Below are positions 25,626 to 36,673 of a stretch of DNA of 64,000 nt, in pieces. The stretch comes from Picochlorum sp. SENEW3 (Eukaryota). The first letter of the stretch is position 1. Each line of letters starts with the position of its first letter. The stretch is taken from assembly GCA_034226945.1 (NCBI GenBank), contig CP120457.1, positions 806,001-870,000 on the forward strand. Direction: 5' to 3'. A model generated the notes under the pieces. That model was not told the origin of the DNA, did no database searches, and saw only the letters and a list, made by a program, of their open reading frames with translations. Position numbers and translations under genes: made by a program.

Positions 25626-28197
25626 TTACTTGATTCTCGTAAAGCATGAATAGTGATATAGCTGATTGTTGGAGCATACATGAGCTGAAGCTCCCAACTG
25701 CTTCTGACACATGGGGCACATCCTCTCTCCCGAAACAATATGTTTTCTGCATTGCTCTTGCATACGCGTATTGCAAATAGTTTGCAGTTTTCCCTTTGCA
25801 AGATGTTTCATCATGTACAGTTTCTTCTGATGCTCCTTCAAAGTCCATATTGAGGCTGTGATGTATTCATTGCATTCGTGTATTCCCATCTGAAAAAGGA
25901 CACATTATCTAGATGGTAAGTACGTATGTATATAAATCACAACAAAAATAACAATGACGAACCCTATCAGGTACGCAGGCAAGAGTCTGTATGACGAGAT
26001 CCGGCGATATATTTCTGCTCAAAATCTGTAAAACATTACTGTTTGCTTGCTGTGATTTCAGGGCCACTTTGAGTAAGTCCACAAATACATTCTTGTCACC
26101 AACTCTTCTGCAGTATCTCTCAGCCTTGGCAGGATCTTCAAGGTCCACAATTAGAATCTCGAGAGCTTTCTTGTGCTGCTTCAGTTTTTCCAGAACAAGT
26201 ACCATTGCATCATGAGAATATTGCCCTTCTGAGAGGAGACGCCGTAATTTATTCAAGTCCAAAGTGTGAGCATAGCTGTCTAATAGATGTGTAAGTTTGT
26301 CCAAAAGATTGGCAGATGTCTTGTTGTTAGCAAGCATTTGGAGATACAGCTCGGCCAATATGTGGCGATCATCCCACACGGAAGTAGAATTTTCCCCAAG
26401 ATCCATTTCTTTGATTTGTAGAATTTCTTCTAAATACTGGGCAGAGTACAGCAAAGAGCCATCCTGTGATAATATTGAGACTGCCACTTTTGTGGGAATT
26501 GATGGATACAGATGTTGAAACATGGTCACCGTTGCGTCCGGATCTAAACTCATCATCCACCTGCAATGATACTTCACGAGCGAGATCTCTGGGTTGACTA
26601 TTGATGACAAATATTTGACTGCTGCCCATGCCCCTGGCTGACCTTTTAATTCTGCAGATGTGCCTGCAGGCCTTGGGATTACCTTTTCTGGATCCAAACT
26701 AAGCTTTTTGATCAATTCCATCGCCGTGGAGTGATGTCCTTGTATATTGTACAATTGCAAGAGCTCAGAATACAAACCTCGCTTCTGCAACGCAACTCTG
26801 CTACTTTCATAATCTACGTTGTTGTCCCTTCTCTGGAGAAACTGCAAAACACTTCCGGTAGCAGTGTTATCAGACATGATTAAGAGACAGTTCAATATCG
26901 CAGTGTCTATCATTGTTTTGACCGCCGCAGATGGATCAGGAGAAGACAAAATCCTGCTCCGGTGTGACCATAAATACGGCAACAGAGCATTCGACAATTG
27001 CTCTCGTTCACTGATGCAGTCTATTGCTACTGCTCTGACATTGTCGCTCGTAGGTTTCCATCTGAGCGACGCTGGAAGCAAAAACTCAAAAACATGTAGC
27101 ATTTTGACGGTGTCATCACCACAAGCGATTGACAAGTTCAGCATGCCATTCTCATAATCTTTGTCGTCACAAATCTGAGAGTAGGCCAAGTTGAAGACCA
27201 CTTTGGTTTCCAACGAGTGCATGATAGGCTTTTGCCTTCTCACAAGATGTAATGCTGTATCAAACAACTTGGATTGTATTAGCCCATCCACCACATCTGC
27301 AAATCTGTCCAGGTCCAAAATTTTGATGGTAATCTCTTTGGTTTCTTTTCTCACGATGTAGAGCCTTGGCGGGCTCTCTGTAATACAACAATCACCCTGA
27401 TTGCTCTCAAATATAAAATTGTCACAGGTCTTGTTGTCAGAAAGAGACACGTGAGGCATCATGCCCAACATTGTGCCATCACTGGAGAAGAAACAATCAA
27501 AGCCTGATTGCAATGCAACGACCTTGTCCACCAGAAAGGGAAGAGGACATGGTTTGGCAGATACACGAATTTTCCCCTTTCTATATTCACAATAGTACAC
27601 GCTGCCAGCTGCATCGACCAGCATGATGCCATGTGGGGGTACAGAAGATACAGAATGCCAAGGGCTGGCCATGGAATTGATCTTTTGCACACTCTTCTGT
27701 CCCACCAGACAACACGTCCCATTCGAATATAGAACAAGCAGTTTCTTCGAATCACCGAGCACAACAAAGTCTTTGACATCATCCCTTTCGAGATTCCACA
27801 CAGTTTCAAATCCTGTGAGGTCTTTGTTCATCTTTGCAACACTCTTTGCTTGCTTTAGAAAAACCGCACCACATCCAACAACCAGCACCAGTGGTGACTT
27901 TTTGATCTTGATTTCCTTGACGCCATTGTTCCGAAACACGCATAGGATTTCCTCAGTTGACGAAGCACAACAAATCGCATCGCCTAGAACCTGCACGTCA
28001 ACTCGCCCAGCAAAGCTTCTCCTTAGTACAATTCGTAATGAATCTAAATCAATCAGGTATATTTCCGAGGTGCCATGGGACGTCTTGCCAAATGTATTCA
28101 GTAGCAACAACGAGGAGGAGCTCTCTCTGAAGGCGTGCGCAGAGACAATGGTATTATCGATGTCTTTGAGAGAAATTTGCCGTTCAGTCTTGAGCAT
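25626..28197 (-). CDS. VPS39: Vps39/Vam6/TGFBRAP1-like HOPS/CORVET subunit, 2 exons
   Basis: MIDTAILNCL..ELLQLY..HSTAMELI clathrin-repeat region, HKKALEILIVDLEDPAKAERYC, and C-terminal CPMCQKQLG..YHYSC zinc finger. Confidence 0.82.
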
Positions 28198-28329
28198 TTT
28201 TTTTAGTACATGTAATATGATAGAACAGCGTACGGCTCAAAACAAAATTGATTGATTCCGTAATTTGTATATTAAAAACAATATCTGAGTATATTACCCA
28301 CAAAAATTCCAAAACGTACATCGAAGCAC

Positions 28330-28439
28330 GCGCCCGTGGTGCATTGGTAGCATGCCTGCCTTCCAACTACAGTAACATGTAGCGTCTCATCGCCTGGTGA
28401 TGAAAGCATGCGGACTGGGTTCGATTCCCAGCGGGCGCA
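28330..28439 (+). tRNA. trnG-UCC: tRNA-Gly(TCC) with a 39-nt intron at the canonical 37/38 position (28366-28404)
   Basis: Acceptor stem GCGCCCG/CGGGCGC plus A; D arm GTGC-ATTGGTA-GCAT; anticodon stem CCTGC/GCATG (one mismatch) with loop CT-TCC-A; T arm CTGGG-TTCGATT-CCCAG. Confidence 0.9.
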
Positions 28440-28929
28440 CTCTTTCCTTAATTAGAACATTAAAATGTATTCTAGTTATAATTTTTGCAACATCTCCGTT
28501 TGAGCACGTGCAGCTTCCAGCACCAAGTGGTGCACATGCTTCTAGGTTTTTATTATTATTCCTTTTACAACACGATACAGACATGCCTTCTGTTTGTATT
28601 TAGAACATCAAAAAACGTTCTAAGATTCATTTTTAATCAACAAGGAACTTGGATTTATTTGTACTGCCTAGGAAATCCTTGTGCTTAGACCCATTTTCAG
28701 CACAGACACCAATAGCTCATCCAATCAAGTCATCTCCCGATCCTTCGGACGAAATATTGTACTATGCAGAGCGATTTTCATCAGAATGGCCATTTGGAGC
28801 AAGCATATTATGTTTGGAAATTTCTTGAAAGGTTGTCACAATTGGCTTTTAAAGCCTGTAATACAGGAAAAGTCACACATGTCGGCATGAACGAAACGAT
28901 TCACTCTTTCCTTTTTTAAGGAACATTAC

Positions 28930-29590
28930 TAAAACCTTTTTAAGGAGCATCAGACTTTTTATTAAGGGGTTTATTCTTGTTAGTGGTTCCATCTCCAGAT
29001 TTCGTGATGACTCTCATAAAGCAAATTACCTCGCCATACCAAGTCTCTTCTTTTCCTGTCTTGACTTGTACTATCTGCATCTTTTTTATTTTTCCATCTG
29101 GCTGTATATGGTGCAGCACTTTATAGGGTACCCAGTTTTTGAGAGAGACAAATAGCCTTTCCCATAAAGCCTCACCAACTCACATGAATGGGACTGTTCT
29201 TCATCCTTCTTCTAGATACATAACCAATATGTTATTTAATTCAACATAGCTCATGAATAGATGATTCCTTGTCATTCTTCTCCTTCACCTTGTCTTTCAG
29301 AATGACTTCCAGTGTCTGTGCCACTTCCTTAAGATCAGGGCACTTCCCGCACAAGGCGTCAAACTCATCTGAGTCATTTATTTCTCCCCAGCATAGATCT
29401 TGCGTTTTGGAATGCATTTCAATATTCTGGATCTATTGTCGGACTTTTATGGCTGATGTATCATATAAACACTAGATCACGGTTTTGATTGTGGGTGTAT
29501 GGGTATCATCATATCTCACAAGAAGTTTGGATGATGACAATCTTCTCACACATTTGTTCCTCATGTCCCGTCAATTCCTCGATGCTTTGC
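28930..29590 (-). pseudogene. Decayed coding sequence, possibly a DNA-transposon transposase C-terminal relic
   Basis: Protein-like minus-strand fragments (MHSKTQDLCWGEINDSDEFDALCGKCPDLKEVAQTLEVILK; YKVLHHIQPDGKIKKMQIVQVKTGKEETWYGEVICFMRV) broken by stops and frameshifts. Confidence 0.35.
29523..29590 (+). repeat. 68-bp direct repeat, copy 1
   Basis: aagtttggatgatgacaatcttctcacacatttgttcctcAtgtcccgtcaattcctcgatgctttgc; 67/68 identical to 31794-31861. Confidence 0.95.
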
Positions 29591-30457
29591 GACTCATTCT
29601 GGAATTAGATCTAATCTGTAAGCACTAAAATGGAAGAGGAACTGATAATAATAATCTACCACTACTCAAACCTAGACTGATGATGATAGTTTCCATCACA
29701 GTGTGGTACCGACGAGCACGTGTAAGAAAGTTTGCGTTTGAGGTTTGTGAGCACGACAGCTCCTGCCCAGTTGTACAGAAAGTTACTCGTAGGTTATCGG
29801 ACAATGTCGGCAGAAACCTACACAATATTCCATAAATTGGCCACCTTATTCCTCAAGTAAAGATTTCTAGCCAAAAGCTAGACGTGTGTAACAAAGAGGC
29901 AGTGTAAATGTAAAATCCCAGCTGGCCAGATCTAGATCTCCAATGCATTGGCACATATGTGGGTGCAGATGAAGGACACACTATTCGAGAATCAAAACAC
30001 CGTCATGAGAGACTGCAGCATGTAATAGCCCTCCAATTCATATTATTTATCAAATAACAGTAATTATTCTCTGTCTAGGTACCGACAGTCTCTTCTTCTC
30101 ACTTAGAGTAGAGCAGGATATCGAGAGCAGAGTATTCAAACGGAAGTCAACTTTCAACCGAAACTCTTGTACGTGCTGTTATATGTCAGACTTGCCATCC
30201 AGATATAAAATATTCCTGTATATAATTCACTAGAAACCTCTATATTGAACGGTTTCAACTGTATCGATCTGCTGGAGACAGATTCGCGTTGTTGAATTGT
30301 TGATCGTCTCGAATCAACAACAATTCTGTCCCAATCGCCTTGCGGTCTGTTCTATCTTTATATAGTATGTTCAATATGCAGAGGATATAGTGGAACCCAT
30401 AGTGTTAAGGGTCCTTGTTTTTTGAATTCTGCGAAGAAGAAAAAAAGCAAACGAACC

Positions 30458-31675
30458 ATGGCCAGCCTGAAGCAGAGCAGCAGCATTTCATCGAAACCAG
30501 TAGAAACAGCCAACGCATTTGATGAGGCACTAGAATGTTTCCAGGAAATTTGCGAAAGAAAGAAATCCAAGGATGACCACCAAACCGAACTGATTCAGAA
30601 GTTATTAGAGGAATGCAATGCGGTTGACGTCCAAGGGGGGTATGCTGAGACAATTGTAGATTACAGTCTTCCCAAGAAAATTAGGCGACTGCCTATTGTC
30701 CGTTTCGTGGTCACCACTAGGGTGGCGATGAAACCGGAGACTGTCAATAGGAGAGTAACAAGAGCAGTAAAAGAGCACATGGGTGAAACCGAACATGTCG
30801 TCTGCCCAGACAAAATCAAGGGAAATGACACAGAAACACACACATTTGTTATTGTTTCACCAACGGGTCTCAAGTATTCATTGGAGAAATTACTCTCCGG
30901 TGTTCAGGAAGCCAAAGATGCACTTTTAGTGCTGTACAACGCATCAAAAAACAAGAGCAAATCCTGGAAAAACCTGACGCTTACACCACGGGTATGCATA
31001 CGTTTCCAGGTTGGTGCGTACATTCTGTGCAATGCTAGCGAGCTAGATCTCGAAAAAAATGAGAACTGGAAGCATCTGGAAAAGAGTCTAGATAGAAGCT
31101 TGAACAAAAGTGTGAAAAGTGACACTGATGGCGTTAACCGTGCGCAGGAAATCCTGATGGACGCAGCTAGAAAGATTTCCAGTTCAAATACCCCCCTGGA
31201 AAAGGGGACCAACTCACCACAAGGTTCATCGCCACTACGTGGTAGTACTAAAAGACAGAGGCCATCAGATCTTGTGGATGACCAGGAACCACGTGATGCT
31301 GCGTGTCTGATGCGACCAAGAAGTGGAGGAGATGGTAGTGGCGACACATCAGAGCAGAATGCTGATGGGAGTGCTTTTGATGGGTCCCCTGACTCCGTCT
31401 TGCCGCACTGCGGCCCATCGAATCCTGGAAGTGACACTGGGGCAGGAATTTCTCGACATAGTCACCCACAGGACAAACTGTGCCACCTTGTCCGCTTGTG
31501 CTCTTCCATTCTATACAAAGCCCATGCTCTGGGAATTTTGAGTATTGATAACAGCGCCATGCTGGTGCATGTTACACATGAAGGACTTATCAGAGACTTG
31601 AAGGCCTTGTGCAAAAGAAAGAATGATGAAATGCAGGCAGCTACTATCTTGTCAGGAATGAGGGGAAGAAAGTAG
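30458..31675 (+). CDS. Intronless orphan ORF (~405 aa) inside the direct-repeat-flanked segment; possible Bro-N-like DNA-binding region
   Basis: Long uninterrupted ORF, first ATG at 30458. RAVKEHM..FVIVSPTGLKYSL resembles Bro-N; Ser/Gly-rich disordered linker. Confidence 0.65.
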   Translation: MASLKQSSSISSKPVETANAFDEALECFQEICERKKSKDDHQTELIQKLLEECNAVDVQGGYAETIVDYSLPKKIRRLPIVRFVVTTRVAMKPETVNRRVTRAVKEHMGETEHVVCPDKIKGNDTETHTFVIVSPTGLKYSLEKLLSGVQEAKDALLVLYNASKNKSKSWKNLTLTPRVCIRFQVGAYILCNASELDLEKNENWKHLEKSLDRSLNKSVKSDTDGVNRAQEILMDAARKISSSNTPLEKGTNSPQGSSPLRGSTKRQRPSDLVDDQEPRDAACLMRPRSGGDGSGDTSEQNADGSAFDGSPDSVLPHCGPSNPGSDTGAGISRHSHPQDKLCHLVRLCSSILYKAHALGILSIDNSAMLVHVTHEGLIRDLKALCKRKNDEMQAATILSGMRGRK

Positions 31676-31793
31676 GAATCACAAAGGAAAGTGCTCTATT
31701 GCAAAATGCCATGAATAGGGCCAATATATATATACCAAACGATGCGTCTTGAGCTAAGCTTTCATGGAATATCCGTTTTATAAAATAACATCA

Positions 31794-31861
31794 AAGTTTG
31801 GATGATGACAATCTTCTCACACATTTGTTCCTCTTGTCCCGTCAATTCCTCGATGCTTTGC
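31794..31861 (+). repeat. 68-bp direct repeat, copy 2
   Basis: Same sequence as 29523-29590 with a single A>T difference. Confidence 0.95.
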
Positions 31862-32215
31862 TCTCTACAGTGCATTATATTTCACAATAATACACATGGA
31901 ATAATCAGAAATCGTTCCTTCTGAATGAGGCTGTGGTCTTCCAGCAGCAGCAGCAAGGGGATGCTGTGAGAGATATCCCATTTTTATATCGCTACATACC
32001 AAACCTGAAGCAATATTTTCTTCTGGTGGCCATTAAGAAATGATAATGATGATTTGTATTTTTGAATTTTAAGAAAAAACAAGAGATGATGATTGAAATC
32101 GAGAGGGGATGTCTTTCATGCAATTTACACTGCTGCTGAATTCAGACTGCATGAGATATGACATTACACATATCATTGCATTATATATCGTGTTCATCTC
32201 CATGCGACTCCGAGT

Positions 32216-33491
32216 TTATTTCAAAACCTTAAAAGTTGCATGGCCTTCCTTCTTGATGTGCTTGAAAAGCTGATTCCTAGATGGAAATGATTGTTTGCAT
32301 GTTGCACATGATAAAGGAGACTCTGGTTCCTTCTTCTTTTTTCCAAGAGCTCGTCGCCGTCGCCGCTGCCGCTGCCTTGCTGGAGGTTCCTTGTGATTCG
32401 CACCCTTGGCAGGAGAAGATGGTGATGATGATGATGATGATCTAGAAGAAGAAGAAGAAGAAGAAGAGATTGTCAAATTCTCAAAATCACCAAAATCATC
32501 GTCTTCTTCTTCCAACAATAATGTCTGACGGAGGATCTCGACATTCTTGTTGTGTTTCTTTGACTTTTCATGATTCGTAAAGGCGCCCTCGCTCTTGAAA
32601 AACTTTTCACAGGCGGGGCAATGCCAAAGCTGTTGTTCGAATATGTCTTCTTCTGACTCTTGATCGTCATCACTAATTGGCAAATTTAGATTCATTTCGC
32701 GTCGCTGTATTTTCAACTCTGCAGCAGCAGCAGCTGCTGCCGCTGCTTGCTCCTCCTGCTGCCTCTTCTTCTCCAGCAACATGGACTGGTATTCTTTGTA
32801 GCGACTATCCCTCTTTTTCACAAACTCCGCAAACAGACGAACTTGCTCGTTGTACTCTCTCCTTGCCGTCTTTCTTGTCTTGACATTCTCTTGCTCAATT
32901 GCTCGTCGAATTCGCCTATCTAGCCTTGGATCAATGGGTTGCTGGACCCATTCAAAGTCCAAACTCGTGGCAAAAGAGCCCCATTCAGCATAAAATGTCT
33001 GAATTGGTTCATCTCCATTCAGAAAGAAATCAGGATAATGAGTCTTTTCTAGGCTTGCTATTTTGAGGAACAGGTCACCGTATGCTCCAATATTGGTTGG
33101 AAACTCCATGTATTCCCTATCAAAGAGCAAATCTGCAACCTCGGTGAATGTTTCCGGCGGAGCGCATATCTGATTTGTGGAACCAGTCTTTTTCTGCAGT
33201 CTCCTGAGGCGTGCATCGTACGAATTTCTCTCTTTCTCGTCTGTTAATATCTCGTAGGCATTTTGAATCTCTCGAAACTTGTCTGCAGCGAAATTTTCAT
33301 CGCCACTTTCTTGTATTTGCTTATCTGCATACAGTAGAAATCAAATACGGTTGTAATATAACGATACCTCTTCCCGTGACGTGCAAAACTCACGCACCAG
33401 GGTGCCATTTTAAGGCCAGTTTTCTGTACGCACGCCTGACATCTTCAGCGGAAGCAGTAGCTTCCAGCTCCAGCACGTCATATAAAGTCAT
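32216..33491 (-). CDS. DNAJC21: DnaJ protein with two C2H2 zinc fingers (DNAJC21/Jjj1-like), 2 exons
   Basis: [23 protein letters not shown]-domain, [57 protein letters not shown] and [17 protein letters not shown]. Confidence 0.9.
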
Positions 33492-33540
33492 GATAGAATT
33501 TCATTGTTCTTCCTGCCATTAAAATCTTGAATTACAATAA

Positions 33541-34611
33541 TTAATGGGTAAATCGTCTGTCCAAATCTTTTTGAACATCGGCGAGTGCCTCTACTGGCTC
33601 GTTGAATCCCAGCCTTTCGACAGAGTACTCTCCACCACTGCGTATTCTCACATCAGCGCCTAGTCTATCTATGGAGATGAACGCTGCATCGTCGACGTTA
33701 CCGAACAACTCTCGTAGAGGCATGCAATACTTCTGGTTCAAGACTTGCAGCGTGTGGTTTGGATGCTCTAGAACAATGGTATCAGGTTGCGCCTGCATGT
33801 ACTCTTCTGTATCCAACCACTGTACAGTTCCGAATCCACCAACAAAGTAAATATCTAATATCCTGTCCATCCTAAAGAAAATAGCATTGCCACTCACAAA
33901 ACGAGTATCATCCGTCGAAATCTTGCCATGAAAGATATCGGCAGCAGCGTCCTGCAAATCATTTGGGAGCTTGTAAACGTCCCCAAACATGGTCACCCTC
34001 GCATTTGCAAGCCCACTCCAGCCGGGCATTTGCATGACTAGGCTGCATCTGGGGTCTTCGATGATATTCCTTGTTTGTATGGCTAACGGGGAGAGACTGA
34101 AAATTGGACAACCTGCACCGTCAGTGGCAAAGTCGACAACTGTTCCAAAAGGATACCCAGCCCGTCGATGGTGCATATTTGACATAATAGTGCACAGATG
34201 AGCAAATTGTGCCTGCTCTACCAGATTTCGGACGGCTACCGCAGGACTTGGCAGGTCACAGCGGGCTGTGGCGTTTTGGACACCACCACTCTGTGGGGTC
34301 TGGTGCAAACCCGAGGTTTTGAGGCTATTTGTGGAAGTTGGTGGGAACTCTAACACTGCAAGAATAAGAAAGATGGCTCATGGCGTGTTCCTCGATTCGC
34401 CGAGGTGAAAATTTTAAGAAGAAGCATGCGTACCTTCAGGCGCTGTCTGTCGCTTTGCATCATTTCTATCATTGCTCCTGGTGTCCTTACTATTATGGTT
34501 TGCAGAGATTCGCCGTGATACCATACTATTTCGCCTCGATTGCGGTAGAGACGGTGGAGAGCATGGTAATCTCTCCACCCTCGTAGCAGCGAGACTTCCC
34601 ACTCCCCTCAT
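33541..34611 (-). CDS. Pyridoxamine-5'-phosphate-oxidase-like / HugZ-type split-barrel protein, likely plastid, 2 exons
   Basis: AVRNLVEQAQFAHLCTIMS..GYPFGTVVDF..PIFSLSPLAIQTRNI..DPRCSL, IYFVGGFG, IDRLGADVR. Confidence 0.85.
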
Positions 34612-34735
34612 CACAATACAGAAAAGTCTTACAAATCTACAAGTTTATAATGTAAATTATTACCCCCATGGATGTATTTGGCTCAATCAGAGGCCCGGAT
34701 CTTGTGTCTCTCGGGACAAAGGCAAAGTTGCGCAA

Positions 34736-36653
34736 TCAGAGGGGCGCTCGGAAAGCACCGGCACCAAAGAGAATGTTTTTCGGTGAATAACTGATGTAAG
34801 ACACTGGAGTCGCTTTCGTTGTCCATGTGTGACAAGTGCTGCTCGATGGGTCTGTTTTTATATCCCACAGTTTGACGCTGCAATCATTTCCTCCAGTGGC
34901 TATTTGATCGCAGGAGAAATGTGGCCACGCCATGCACCACACTGGTCCTCTATGTCTACCAATTCTATGATAAGAGCCACGCGCCAGGTCCCACCAAAAT
35001 ATCTCTCCATCCGAATCACCGCTCATGAGGGATGATCCATCTGGTGAAAATGCGAGGGACGTGATTGGACTCTTGTGGCCATGCAATACAGATGCACATG
35101 TCCTGGAAGACAAATCCCAAATTCTAATGTGATTGTCGGAAGAGCCACTCGCTACAATTTGACAATTTGGGTGCCAAGCAACCACTTCTACATCAGATGT
35201 GTGGCCAGCAAATATACGCAAATTTGTTTTCCTTTCTGTGCTCCACAATCTGCAAGTTCTATCAGCACCGCCGGTCACAAAGTAATGCCCATACACTGGC
35301 GCAAATGATACATCCCACACAGGAAGCATGTGTCCATAGTATGCTACTAGATTACTCATCAGTTCTGTTGACCATAGCCGTATGGAACCATCCCCGCTAC
35401 CAGATATCAACAAATTTGCCTTTGTATCACATAGGCTTAGTGAATACACCGGCCCCATATGACCATACAACTCTGTGAGATTGTTATTCTTGTACACCCG
35501 AATGACAGAATCTGAAAATCCGCCGACAATTGTCTTCAAATCAGAGGATACTTCGATGGAATTCACGGAGTCATACGAATTTATGAAGGATGCAAAAGCA
35601 CAAGATGGTATATCCTCTCCGTTCATCATCGAAGCGTGGATGCTTTCCTCGGCAAGGGCAGGGCGACGCGGCAGAGGTATTGAGGACTGAATCCCGCAAT
35701 TCAATAGCTTGGCTAGTTGTGCTCGATAGGAATCTAGAGTCGAGATGTGGGCTTTTGACATGGATTCCTCCTCAACTTCTTCCATTTTTGCAATCTTGTG
35801 CTTCAGTTCAAGTTCCTGGTATTTCAAATAATCACTGTCCTTCAATAATTCCAAATTTAGTTTTCCTCTCGGTGCCACAGGTCCAGAAGCGTCTATATTT
35901 GCAACAGCAGACCAAAAACTCAACATGTCCGGACTAAAGTCTTCTACGACATTCAAAGCAAACCAACTATTGATCAGGGAAGCTATCAAAATGAGTCTTT
36001 CCCGCCTCAGGTAGTGAATCATTAGCTCGTATGTAAACGAGGATATTGTCAGCGCGACTTTTTGCTTTAGAACGTTGGTCGCAATAGAACTCTCTTGCAA
36101 ATGCTCTGGGGATGTAATTTTTGATAACTCGTGAATCTCTTTCAAAATTATCTCCCGCCTGTTTCTACTTGTTGTTTGCTCTAGAAAGAAATCCTTGCAC
36201 TCTGTCAGCAAATCCTGTGCACTAGTAGTTGCTTCAAGTTGTATCATCGTAACATATGTGTACACAAATGTAGGATAGAGCAGTTGATACAGTTCGCTCC
36301 TGCACGAGTCCAGTGACCCAGTCACCCATTGAGAAAACGACCGAAACTGAGTGGCATATTCCTTTGCCTCGCCATTCGCAGACAAAGAAACAAGTATTCC
36401 ATTCTCAGCTATGTTTCTCTCTCTTTCCCACACCGAATCCTTGGTGTTTACGTTTTCCCCTCTGGACTCCAACTCCAATTTGAGAATTTCCAGCGAATCC
36501 TGCAACCTACACAAATCTCGAATAGATCACAAAAAAAAGAATGCATGATTCAAGCAAACACAATAACGCTACGCACTGTCGCCTCTCCAACCACCCCAGA
36601 ATAAGGTCGTCGACTTCTTCATCGCGAAGAATGGCGTCAGAACTGTTTGGCAT
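34736..36653 (-). CDS. TAF5: TFIID subunit TAF5 (LisH + NTD2 + WD40), 2 exons
   Basis: WVTGSLDSCRSELYQLLYPTFVYTY NTD2; GHMGPVY, NLVAYYGHMLPVWDV, LRIFAGHTSDVEVVAWHPN; TKATPV. Confidence 0.92.
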
Positions 36654-36673
36654 GTCCTTACAGTTTTCTACGA

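Noticed and set aside
28366..28520. Plant-style dicistronic tRNA-Gly-snoRNA (GTGATGA C-box-like motif)
   Set aside because: The motif is at the 3' end of the tRNA intron with no D box after it, and no C/D pair follows the tRNA
29523..31861. LTR retrotransposon or CRISPR array
   Set aside because: Only two repeats, 2.2 kb apart; no TG..CA ends, PBS or gag/pol motifs; no spacer array or cas genes; eukaryotic context
32415..32470. (GAT)n/(GAA)n microsatellite as a separate element
   Set aside because: It encodes the poly-Ser tract of DNAJC21; the GCT/GCA runs elsewhere likewise encode poly-Ala
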